From contig NC_017262.1 of assembly GCF_000175255.2 (NCBI RefSeq), forward strand, positions 1,320,001 to 1,352,000: a DNA stretch of 32,000 bases. Direction: 5' to 3'. The translations under genes and the position numbers were made by a program. The notes beneath the pieces were generated by a model. It searched no databases, was not told the DNA's origin, and saw nothing but the letters and a program-made list of their open reading frames with translations. Shown in pieces: positions 6,964 through 14,832 of this stretch. Each line of letters begins with the position of its first letter. Position 1 is the first letter of the stretch. The DNA is from Zymomonas mobilis subsp. mobilis ATCC 10988. GTDB taxonomy: Bacteria > Pseudomonadota > Alphaproteobacteria > Sphingomonadales > Sphingomonadaceae.

Positions 6964-7568
6964 AAATAAATTCCTTCTCAAAAATTAGAGCCGTTAGAGA
7001 GGGGCAGCAGGACTAAATTTGTTGTCCGTGACCGCCATAAATTGAGTAACGGCTTATCCCGATTTTTTTTAAATTTATGCTTTCACTATTTTTAATTTTT
7101 AGAAGGAAATTTATCGTAACTAACTGTAATTTAATGATTTTATTTTTTTAATTTCGATTTTAAGGACAAAAGCCCAAGCCATAGAAAAATAACAGATGGC
7201 TAATTTTAAAATAAAAAGAGGGGCAACTTTACTATAAAAATACTCTACCCAAATACTGTCGGAATTTTGACAGGCTTCTACTAACCCATTCTTGCCTTAT
7301 CAGAGCTAGGTGTCATTTTTTAATCAGCCTTATCCAAAATAGAGCTATCTTTTAAAAAGCCTTTACAATCATAACTGCCTAAACGCCCTTAGCGGATTCT
7401 GACTGATCGCGTCCTTTTGAGACATCCAAGTCTTTGAAAATATTCTAAAATAGCCCCGATTACGGGTTATATACCCCAATAAGTCAGCAACATTTCGTCA
7501 AAAAATCTTCCTGGATTTCAGGCTGCAAAAGGTTTTTTGACGGTAAAGCCGAAACAATAAAAATAAAA

Positions 7569-7584
7569 TGGCATAGTTTTTGCT
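7569..7584 (+). promoter_or_regulatory. sigma-54 (RpoN) -24/-12 promoter ahead of the activator/fliE-flhB operon
   Basis: TGGCAT-agttt-TTGCT, one mismatch to TGGCAC-N5-TTGC. It is ~20 nt upstream of GTG 7605 and ~80 nt upstream of ATG 7665. A sigma-70-like TTGACG (7537-7542) followed by an A/T-rich -10-like run overlaps it. Confidence 0.75.
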
Positions 7585-7664
7585 TTTCCAACAATCACGG
7601 TCGGGTGACTGTAAAAACAGCATTCGGCGGATGGAAGCATCCTTTTAAGAAGGCGGAAATCCTG

Positions 7665-8990
7665 ATGGAAAAAAACAGGGGAAAACAAGGCCAGATCGAA
7701 AGTCTGGCAGATGCGGCTATAGGTGTCAGCCCCATTGTGGCTGAACAAATGCCTGCATTGGCACCATGGCTGAATAGTCTGGGACTAAGCTGCGCTCCAT
7801 TGGGGAAAACACCTTCAGCCTTTATTATCCGTCTGCTTTCACCACAAGAGCGGCATTTAGCTGGTCAACGCGACGTTCTCATCCATTTCCGAGAAGATTT
7901 ACCCAAACTGAAATTCCATCGGGCAGGGAAACCTGCTGAAATCAGCTTTGGTTCTTCGGATTGCTCTTTTGGCTTTGCTCTGATCGCTGGATTGGTCAGA
8001 CCGGCTGGACGGCCTGCTGTCGGGGATAAACAAACCGTCGACCTGTTAAATATCGCTGCCCGTATTGCTGATAGTAATGCGACTATCTTGGTACAGGGTG
8101 AAACCGGTACCGGAAAAGAAGGTCTCGCCCGCTTCATTCATCAAATGTCGCCCCGCGCTAATCAGGCCTTTATTCCGGTTAATTGCGCGGCTTTGCCTGA
8201 AACGATGCTGGAAGCAATGCTCTTCGGTTATACGAAGGGTAGCTTTACGGGGGCATTGGCCGATAACAAAGGCCTCTTTCGCTCGGCTAATGGCGGCACG
8301 CTTCTATTGGACGAGATCTCGGAATTACCGCTTGGATTGCAAGCCAAGCTATTGCGTGTTCTCCAAGAACAAGAAGTTCTCCCTATCGGGGCTTCTGAAC
8401 CTTGTCCGATCAATGTCAGAATTATCGCGGCGGCTAATCGTGACTTGGCGCAAGAAGTGGCAGCAAAAAATTTCCGTGCGGATCTTTATTGGCGGCTCAA
8501 TGTTGTGCCGGTAACTTTGTTGCCGTTGGCACATCGGAAACAGGATATCCGCGTTTTGGCGGCGGCTCTTTTGTTGCGCCATGCTCCGGCTGATACAGAT
8601 TTCCCGTGGCTCACGAATGCTGCCCTTGATCTTTTGCAAAAACATAGCTGGCCGGGGAATGTTCGCGAACTAGAGAATTGTTTGCAACGGGCTATTCTAT
8701 TGCATCGGGGTATGCGGATTGAAGCCAGCGATCTCTTGATTGACTCTGCTGATATGACGCTACCTTTATCTGATAATAAGCTGGTCGGTATGATGTCACC
8801 GCCCGCTGAAAATCACAGCAAGAAGAATATCTCTTTTGGTCTGGCTGATGCCGCCCGCGCGGCAGAACATAAAGTAATTGAAGAAGCCCTGCTGGCTACC
8901 AATGGTCACCGTCGTCAAGCCGCTCAAAGGCTGGGGATCAGTGAAAGAACCCTGCGGTATCGGCTCGCGGATATGCGCGCCGCTTCATAA
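7665..8990 (+). CDS. fleQ: sigma-54-dependent flagellar master activator (bacterial enhancer-binding protein, FleQ/FlbD class)
   Basis: AAA+ core with Walker A GETGTGKE, Walker B LLLDEISELP, a GSFTGA variant of the GAFTGA sigma-54 contact loop, and the ELENCLQRA sensor region. C-terminal Fis-type HTH RRQAAQRLGISERTLRYRL. Start chosen at ATG 7665 (SD GAAGGCGGA 7 nt upstream); the track's GTG 7605 is the alternative. Confidence 0.9.
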   Translation: MEKNRGKQGQIESLADAAIGVSPIVAEQMPALAPWLNSLGLSCAPLGKTPSAFIIRLLSPQERHLAGQRDVLIHFREDLPKLKFHRAGKPAEISFGSSDCSFGFALIAGLVRPAGRPAVGDKQTVDLLNIAARIADSNATILVQGETGTGKEGLARFIHQMSPRANQAFIPVNCAALPETMLEAMLFGYTKGSFTGALADNKGLFRSANGGTLLLDEISELPLGLQAKLLRVLQEQEVLPIGASEPCPINVRIIAAANRDLAQEVAAKNFRADLYWRLNVVPVTLLPLAHRKQDIRVLAAALLLRHAPADTDFPWLTNAALDLLQKHSWPGNVRELENCLQRAILLHRGMRIEASDLLIDSADMTLPLSDNKLVGMMSPPAENHSKKNISFGLADAARAAEHKVIEEALLATNGHRRQAAQRLGISERTLRYRLADMRAAS

Positions 8991-9063
8991 CACTCCATTC
9001 TATTCGTCGCTATTCAACTATTAAAATAAAATCGGATTATAACCGATATCTTCGGGGAAAATT

Positions 9064-9438
9064 ATGACCACGCTTGATACATCCAGCCTTACAGAGATGC
9101 AAAACGCCATTTTGCAGCGTGCCAGCACGTTAAAAAATGCCGCCGGATTATCAACTTCTGCGGCGCAGGATGTCGGGGGCGTCTCCTCTGTCGTTGATGG
9201 CAGCAAAAGCGGGGGTATCCTCAGTTTTAACGATGCCCTTAACGAAGCGATGTCGAGTGTAAACGATTCCTACATTCAGTCCACAGAAGCACAGGATGCC
9301 TATCAGAAAGGCGAAACGACCGATATCGCTTCGGTGATGTTGAGCCGCCAAAAAGCTTCCGTCGCTTTTCAGGCCACTTTGCAAATGCGTAATCGCCTGA
9401 TGGATGCCTATAAAACTATTATGAATATGTCGGTGTAA
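9064..9438 (+). CDS. fliE: flagellar hook-basal body complex protein FliE
   Basis: Size 124 aa. C-terminal signature DIASVMLSRQKASVAFQATLQMRNRLMDAYKTIMNMSV. Lies immediately upstream of fliF. Confidence 0.9.
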   Translation: MTTLDTSSLTEMQNAILQRASTLKNAAGLSTSAAQDVGGVSSVVDGSKSGGILSFNDALNEAMSSVNDSYIQSTEAQDAYQKGETTDIASVMLSRQKASVAFQATLQMRNRLMDAYKTIMNMSV

Positions 9439-9441
9439 TAA

Positions 9442-11301
9442 ATGGCAGATGTTGTTCCTACACCGGATGATGCGGCGGGCAGTGTCGCCGTTCCGGCACC
9501 CTCGGGCGCTTTGGCGAATTTTCTTGCCAATAATGACCGCGTAAACAAAGTTTACGAACGGGTGAAAGACTTTGTCCAGCAACCCGCTATCAAACGCAGC
9601 TTACCTTTAATGAGGCTGATTAGTTTGACGGCTATCGGTGCGCTGATCTGGTTTTTGTTGTCTGCACCACCCCAGCGTGATCTTTATCCGGGGGCAGGGG
9701 ACGCTGATCGGGCATCTATTGCCAGCGCGTTAGAAACCGGCGGTATCCATTATAATATTAACCGCGGTAACGGCGTTATTACAGTCTCTGAAAAGGACTA
9801 TTATAAGGCGCGGATGCTGTTGGCACAGCAAGGCTTGCCGAAATCGGCACCTGATGGCGATCATGTTATCAGCTCTTTGCCACTCGGTGCCAGCCGCGCC
9901 GTTGAAGGCGAAAGATTACGGGCTGCACGTGAAGTTGATCTTGCCCGTACTATCGAAACCATAGATGTCGTTAATCAGGCGAGAGTCCATATTGCCGAGC
10001 CACAACCCAGCCCCTTTGTTCGGGAACAGGTTCATGGCACGGCTTCGGTTATGCTGAAACTGATGACGGGTCGCAACCTATCAAACGCACAGGTTCAAGC
10101 TATTCAGAATTTGGTGGCCGCTTCGTTGCCGGGAATGGCGCCAGAGGCAGTTTCCGTTGTCGATCAGGCAGGGCATCTTTTATCCGCGACCTCTAACGCT
10201 GATAATGACATCAATGATCGTCAGCTACGATTACAGCAAACCCTCGAAGCCCGTTATATGGATGCTTTGAATAAATTGCTGGTGCCGTTGCTGGGCGAAA
10301 ATAACTATACGGCCGAAGTCCATACCGACCTTGATTTTACCGAAAGTCAGGCGACCAGAGAAAGCTATCCAAAAGAAGGCTCTCTGCGTTCCGAAAGTGG
10401 TAGCTGGAACAAAGACGGTGGGCCCGACCAGAATGGCGGTATTCCGGGGGCTATGTCCAATATGCCGCCAACACCCGCCAACCCAACCCAAAACCCGCCG
10501 CCGAATTTACAGCCACCGGCTCAACCGAATAACCAGCAAAATGCGCAGAATGGCCAGCAGGGGCAGAATGCACAAGGCCAGCCGAACGGTCAAAACGCTC
10601 AGCAAGGGCAAAATGCCCGTGCACCGGGATCTGTTCCGGCAGAAACGGCACAGCAGGCACAGGCCAGAACATCTGAAAATTTCAACCGTTATTATGAATT
10701 AGGACGCGAAGTCTCGGTTATTCGCAATCCGACTGGCTCTGTTAAACGGGTTTCTGTCGCTATTGCGCTTCGCCAAATCAATCATGGCAAACCACCGTCC
10801 CCTGAACAGGTCGCCCAGCTCGAAAAGCTGATTAAAGGCGCAATCGGTTTTGATGCTTCCCGTGGTGACGTGGTCGCTATTAGCTCTTCCGACTTCATGG
10901 GTGGCAGTGTCTTCAGTATGCCTTGGTATCAGAACAGTTGGGTGCCATTACTGGCGCGCAATCTGTCTGCCCTATTGGTCGCCGCTTTGGTTATCTTCGG
11001 CTTTGCACGACCTTTCCTGAAAGCCCGTGCGGAAGCGGCTGAAAGAAGACGGCTAGCTGAAAATCCGTTGCCACAGTTGGAACAGACCAACATTGATAAT
11101 CTGATCGCCGAAGGCGAACAACCCGCCGAAGAAGCCGGAAGCCAAGCCATTACGCTTGATATGATTGATGCCGCTCCGGGCTATAAAGCGAGGGTTGATC
11201 TGGTGCGACATTTTGTCAAACAAGACCCCGCCCGTGCCGCCTTGGTTGTCCATGACATGATGCGTTCCGACCTCAAATCGCTGGAGAATCACAATGGCTG
11301 A
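9442..11301 (+). CDS. fliF: flagellar MS-ring protein FliF (619 aa) with a Pro/Gln/Asn-rich insert
   Basis: Shows the N-terminal TM segment, a ring-building region (HYNINRGNGVITVSEKDYYKARMLLAQQGLPK; ARVHIAEPQPSPFVREQ), a second TM segment (LLARNLSALLVAALVIFGF), and a C-terminal FliG-binding tail. Position is between fliE and fliG. Confidence 0.95.
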   Translation: MADVVPTPDDAAGSVAVPAPSGALANFLANNDRVNKVYERVKDFVQQPAIKRSLPLMRLISLTAIGALIWFLLSAPPQRDLYPGAGDADRASIASALETGGIHYNINRGNGVITVSEKDYYKARMLLAQQGLPKSAPDGDHVISSLPLGASRAVEGERLRAAREVDLARTIETIDVVNQARVHIAEPQPSPFVREQVHGTASVMLKLMTGRNLSNAQVQAIQNLVAASLPGMAPEAVSVVDQAGHLLSATSNADNDINDRQLRLQQTLEARYMDALNKLLVPLLGENNYTAEVHTDLDFTESQATRESYPKEGSLRSESGSWNKDGGPDQNGGIPGAMSNMPPTPANPTQNPPPNLQPPAQPNNQQNAQNGQQGQNAQGQPNGQNAQQGQNARAPGSVPAETAQQAQARTSENFNRYYELGREVSVIRNPTGSVKRVSVAIALRQINHGKPPSPEQVAQLEKLIKGAIGFDASRGDVVAISSSDFMGGSVFSMPWYQNSWVPLLARNLSALLVAALVIFGFARPFLKARAEAAERRRLAENPLPQLEQTNIDNLIAEGEQPAEEAGSQAITLDMIDAAPGYKARVDLVRHFVKQDPARAALVVHDMMRSDLKSLENHNG

Positions 11302-12328
11302 TGACAACGAAAGCAGAAAAGAACTGAGCGGCACTCAGTCCGCAGCCATTCTGATGATGCTGATGTCAAAAGAAGAGGCGGCTTCGATTTTAAGCCGTCT
11401 CGATCCCGACGAAGTCCAGCGTTTGGGTGAAGCCATGTTTGCGGTTTCAGATATCTCGCAACAGCAGATCGAAACCGTCCTTGATAATTTTACCACGCGG
11501 GCAAGAGCCAGAACAACGCTTGGTTTTGATGCCGACAAGCAAATCCGTAGCATCATGGAATTAGCATTAGGTGAAGAACGCGCTGAGAATGTGATGGCGC
11601 GCATAACGCCAGTCGCCCATACGACAGTTCTCGATACCCTGAAATGGATGGATGCGCGGACTATCGCGACATTGATTGAAAATGAGCATCCACAGATTGC
11701 AGCTTTGGTCTTGGCTTGCCTTGACCCTGTAGTCGCTGCGGATGTTCTGGAACAGCTCGACGATGCGCTCCAGCCGGACATCATTTATCGTATTGCGACG
11801 CTTGATACCGTTTCAGTGGAAGCTTTGGAAGAACTTGAACGTCTGCTTTTGGGACAAGTCTCCAGAGTGGGGTCAACAAATGGTGGTGGTGCCAATGCTA
11901 TTGGTGGCGCTCATCGTGGTGGCGCCGCTGAGGCAGCTCAGATCGTCAATAATATGAGCGATGGCGAACAGCGCTTGATGAAGGCTGTTTCTAAAATGGA
12001 TAAGTCGCTGGCAAGGGCTATCGAAGACGAAATGTTTGTCTTTGATGATCTTAATGATCTTGACGATCGTAACCTTGGCACGCTGCTTAGAGCAATTGAT
12101 AACGACATTCTGGTTGTTGCTCTTAAAGGCGCACAGGAAGAACTCAAATCGCGGATGCTTGGTTGTATGTCTAAGCGTGCTGCCGAAGCTATTGAAGATG
12201 AAATGGCTGAACGTGGCCCGATGCGGATATCTGAAGTTCAAGATGCGCAAAAACAAATTCTTAATATTGCCCGCAAACTCGCAGAAAGTGGCACTATCAT
12301 GTTAGGTAAGGGGGATGACTATGTCTGA
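11294..12328 (+). CDS. fliG: flagellar motor switch protein FliG
   Basis: LSGTQSAAILMMLMSKEEAASILSRLDPDEVQRL at the N-terminus. C-terminal torque-helix region MFVFDDLNDLDDRNLGTLLRAIDNDILVVALKGAQEELKSRMLGCMSKRAAEAIEDEM. Overlaps the fliF end by 8 nt. Confidence 0.95.
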   Translation: MADDNESRKELSGTQSAAILMMLMSKEEAASILSRLDPDEVQRLGEAMFAVSDISQQQIETVLDNFTTRARARTTLGFDADKQIRSIMELALGEERAENVMARITPVAHTTVLDTLKWMDARTIATLIENEHPQIAALVLACLDPVVAADVLEQLDDALQPDIIYRIATLDTVSVEALEELERLLLGQVSRVGSTNGGGANAIGGAHRGGAAEAAQIVNNMSDGEQRLMKAVSKMDKSLARAIEDEMFVFDDLNDLDDRNLGTLLRAIDNDILVVALKGAQEELKSRMLGCMSKRAAEAIEDEMAERGPMRISEVQDAQKQILNIARKLAESGTIMLGKGDDYV

Positions 12329-13082
12329 TGACCCCAGACAAGACATCCAACCCTATGAAGCGCAAGCGATTATTCCAGAAGAAACGGCTTCTGCTGAAAA
12401 AACGCCTTTTGTTGCGATAAAAAAGGCAAAGCCTCCTTTTGTCCCCTGGGTCGTTCGTTTCGGCCTGGTTCCAGAAGAACCGACGGAAAAAGAAAAGCAG
12501 GAAGCTGAATCTTCTAAAGAAAGACTTTCGTTAGAAAAAGAAGAGGCTGAACTTACAGAACAGGAAAAAGTCGAGCCTAAAGCCGAAGCTGACCTGCCAC
12601 CACCTATTGATATCGAAGCAATAAAAAAAGAAGCTTATGATCAAGGATTTCAGCAAGGGCGAAATAGTGCGCTGATCGAAGTCAAAGAAGAACGGCAGGC
12701 TGTGGGGCAGTTGGCACGTTCTTTGGAAGTGTTAAAAGCCGAACCTCCGCGAGCTTTGGCTTCTGTCTTTGCGGATGTCGTTGATAGGCTGATTCACCAG
12801 ATTATAGGTGAAGTGTCGATAGATGCTGTCCGTTTAAGAAAACGAGTCGATGCAGTCGCAGCAATGATTCCTGAAGAAATGAAGCCTTGCTGTCTGTTTC
12901 TTAATCCTGCGGACATCTCAAGATTGGGCGGCGTTGAATTGCCGGTAGAGATTAAAGAAGATTCTTCTTTGCAAGAAGGAAGCGTGCGTCTTGAAACTAG
13001 CCAAGGTTATATTGAAAACGGAACCAAAAGTCTTTTAGAAAAATTGGATGCGATTTTGGTCGAAGTGGGGGCAGAGGCATGA
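12321..13082 (+). CDS. fliH: flagellar export ATPase regulator FliH
   Basis: Glu/Lys-rich N-terminal half followed by EAYDQGFQQGRNSALIEVKEERQ and a C-terminal FliH/YscL-like region. Position is between fliG and fliI. ATG 12321 is preferred over the track's ATG 12315 because SD AAGGGGG ends at 12314. Confidence 0.8.
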   Translation: MSDDPRQDIQPYEAQAIIPEETASAEKTPFVAIKKAKPPFVPWVVRFGLVPEEPTEKEKQEAESSKERLSLEKEEAELTEQEKVEPKAEADLPPPIDIEAIKKEAYDQGFQQGRNSALIEVKEERQAVGQLARSLEVLKAEPPRALASVFADVVDRLIHQIIGEVSIDAVRLRKRVDAVAAMIPEEMKPCCLFLNPADISRLGGVELPVEIKEDSSLQEGSVRLETSQGYIENGTKSLLEKLDAILVEVGAEA

Positions 13083-14410
13083 GTGAAAGCCTAGCCGCTT
13101 ATGCCGGACGTATTCTTGGCCATGTCTCGATTGATGAAGGAACACCTCGGTGGATTGGTAAACTTGTTGCTTATGATGGCTTGATGCTGGAAGCAACAGG
13201 CTTTCCTATGCCTATTGGGCATGGTGCTCTTATTATGGATGCTAATGGCCAATCATCACGTGCTGAAGTGGTTGGGTTCCGTGGTAATACAACGTTGCTT
13301 ATGGCGTTAGATGCTGATGCACCTCATAATCCTGGAGCCAGAGTTGAGCCGGATAGACAGTTAAGCATTGTCCATGTTGGCGATGGTCTATTAGGACGTG
13401 TTATAGGTGCGTTGGGCGAGCCTCTTGATAACTTAGGCCCTATTATCACTGACGAATATTGGCCATTGGTCGGAAAAATGGGGAATCCTCTCAATCGAGG
13501 GCGTGTAACGCAGCCTTTTGATATGGGGGTTCGGGCAATCAATGCCTTGCTAACGGCTGGTGTCGGGCAAAGAATTGCTATCATGGCGGGGTCAGGGGTT
13601 GGTAAATCTGTCCTGATGGGGCAGATGATTGCCGGCGCGAAGGCTGATGTTATTGTAACGGGGTTGATCGGAGAGCGATCGCGTGAAGTAACTGATTTCG
13701 TTGAAACCAAAATTAGTGATGATGTTCGACCAAAAAGTGTTGTCGTGGCAGTTCCTGCTGACCATCCTCCAGTTTTACGCTTGAGGGCGGCAATGCGGGC
13801 AACTGCGATTGCCGAATATTTTCGAGCGAAGGGTAAAAATGTTCTTTTACTGATCGACAGCTTGACCCGTATTGCGCATGCACAACGGGAAGTAGGTCTG
13901 TCACTTGGTGAACCTCCTACGATCAAAGGCTATCCACCCTCGGCTTTAGGGCTTATTCCTCGTTTGGTTGAAAGAGCGGGTATCGATATTCATTCAAAAG
14001 GCGCGATTACCGCTATTTATACGGTCTTGGCTGACGGTGATGATCCTGACGATCCAATCGTTGATACCGCACGAGCCATTGTTGACGGGCATATTATCTT
14101 ATCTCGTTCACTGGCAGAACAAGGCGTTTTTCCTGCTATTGATCTCGGTAAGTCGCTTTCTCGTGTCATGAGCGATATTATTTCGCCTGGACATAGACAG
14201 GCAGCAGCCCATCTGCGCCGTTTATGGTCTGTTTATGAAGAAAATCGTGATCTTATCTTAATGGGTGCCTATCGTAGCGGCACAGATGCTTCTATTGATG
14301 AAGCCATCAATCGTCACAATGATGTTTTAGACTTTATTCGCCAAGGGCAAAATGAAAGAATTGACCTCGCCACGTCTATTGCGACTTTGATGGAAAGGTT
14401 TGCCGTATGA
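13079..14410 (+). CDS. fliI: flagellum-specific ATPase FliI
   Basis: Walker A AGSGVGKSVL, Walker B NVLLLIDSLTRIAHAQREV, F1-beta-like fold motifs, and an ATGA overlap with fliH. Confidence 0.97.
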   Translation: MSESLAAYAGRILGHVSIDEGTPRWIGKLVAYDGLMLEATGFPMPIGHGALIMDANGQSSRAEVVGFRGNTTLLMALDADAPHNPGARVEPDRQLSIVHVGDGLLGRVIGALGEPLDNLGPIITDEYWPLVGKMGNPLNRGRVTQPFDMGVRAINALLTAGVGQRIAIMAGSGVGKSVLMGQMIAGAKADVIVTGLIGERSREVTDFVETKISDDVRPKSVVVAVPADHPPVLRLRAAMRATAIAEYFRAKGKNVLLLIDSLTRIAHAQREVGLSLGEPPTIKGYPPSALGLIPRLVERAGIDIHSKGAITAIYTVLADGDDPDDPIVDTARAIVDGHIILSRSLAEQGVFPAIDLGKSLSRVMSDIISPGHRQAAAHLRRLWSVYEENRDLILMGAYRSGTDASIDEAINRHNDVLDFIRQGQNERIDLATSIATLMERFAV

Positions 14411-14832
14411 CGCAGAAGCTTGCACGCAGAAAGAGAATAGCCAAAGTGCGTCATGTCCAACATTTGCAGGCGCAGAATGAATTAATGCGCGCTCAAGGGC
14501 GGGTTAATAGTTTGTCCGCTTCTGTTGACCGGTTAACTGAAATACAATCCTCATTAAAGCCTGTAACGGGTCGGGTAAATGGTGCGGCTATGGCCAATGC
14601 TGGAGAGCTGATGCTGCGTCTGGATACAGCTTATAAAGATCTAACAGCTATGTTAGATCAGGCGCAAACAGTCGTAGAGCGTCAACGGCAGAAAAAAATT
14701 CACACAAAAATTCAGCATGAGACCGCAAAAAAGTTACATGATGCCGTAAAAGAAGAAATACAGAAGACGCAGGAGCGTCGCCTGATGACTATAACCGGAC
14801 AGCGCCCCATTAAAAGAGGTGAAGCACTATGA
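14407..14832 (+). CDS. fliJ: flagellar export chaperone/stalk protein FliJ
   Basis: 141-aa, charged, coiled-coil-type sequence. It occupies the canonical slot between fliI and fliK and has ATGA overlaps at both ends. No sharp motif, so the call rests mostly on synteny. Confidence 0.7.
   Translation: MTQKLARRKRIAKVRHVQHLQAQNELMRAQGRVNSLSASVDRLTEIQSSLKPVTGRVNGAAMANAGELMLRLDTAYKDLTAMLDQAQTVVERQRQKKIHTKIQHETAKKLHDAVKEEIQKTQERRLMTITGQRPIKRGEAL

Noticed and set aside
6964-6981. Track's TTG start for flagellin (adds MRRNLF)
   Set aside because: The extension would be translated from the SD sequence itself (GAGAAGGAA). GTG 6961-6963 yields the canonical MTVINTN flagellin N-terminus.
7051-7125. Sigma-28-like -10 boxes upstream of flagellin on the minus strand (TAAA...CGGGATAA and TAAA...ACGATAA)
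   Set aside because: The GATAA cores are present, but the spacing from the TAAA elements is 11-12 nt instead of ~15, and 2-3 further positions mismatch. I could not support a promoter call, and the flagellin promoter remains unidentified.
7518-7748. 76-aa minus-strand ORF across the activator promoter and 5' end
   Set aside because: It overlaps the sigma-54 promoter and the start of the activator gene. There is no SD or conservation signal.
8065-8514. 149-aa plus-strand alternative-frame ORF
   Set aside because: Out-of-frame overlap with the AAA+ core of the sigma-54 activator. The activator frame carries all the conserved motifs.
9151-9582. 143-aa minus-strand ORF spanning the fliE/fliF junction
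   Set aside because: It overlaps two well-supported plus-strand genes, and the translation has no recognisable features.
11335-11784. 149-aa minus-strand ORF
   Set aside because: Antisense shadow ORF inside fliG. It has no SD or motif, and the fliG frame is strongly conserved.
11870-11940. Gly-rich stretch (GSTNGGGANAIGGAHRGGAAE) in FliG
   Set aside because: It corresponds to the normally Gly-containing linker before the FliG C-terminal domain and is only ~10 residues longer than in model organisms. Not distinctive enough to report.
12712-12726. TGGCAC-gttct-TTGG inside fliH (near sigma-54 consensus)
   Set aside because: The critical -12 GC is GG, and the site is in the middle of a coding region in a translationally coupled operon. 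Other TGGCAC hits lack a correctly spaced TTGC, for example the one at about 2733 in flhA, where TTGC follows after only 2 nt.
13324-13926. 200-aa ORF on the minus strand
   Set aside because: It lies entirely antisense to fliI, whose Walker motifs and full-length conservation are unambiguous. The translation is low-complexity and Arg/Pro/Ser-rich, typical of a shadow frame.
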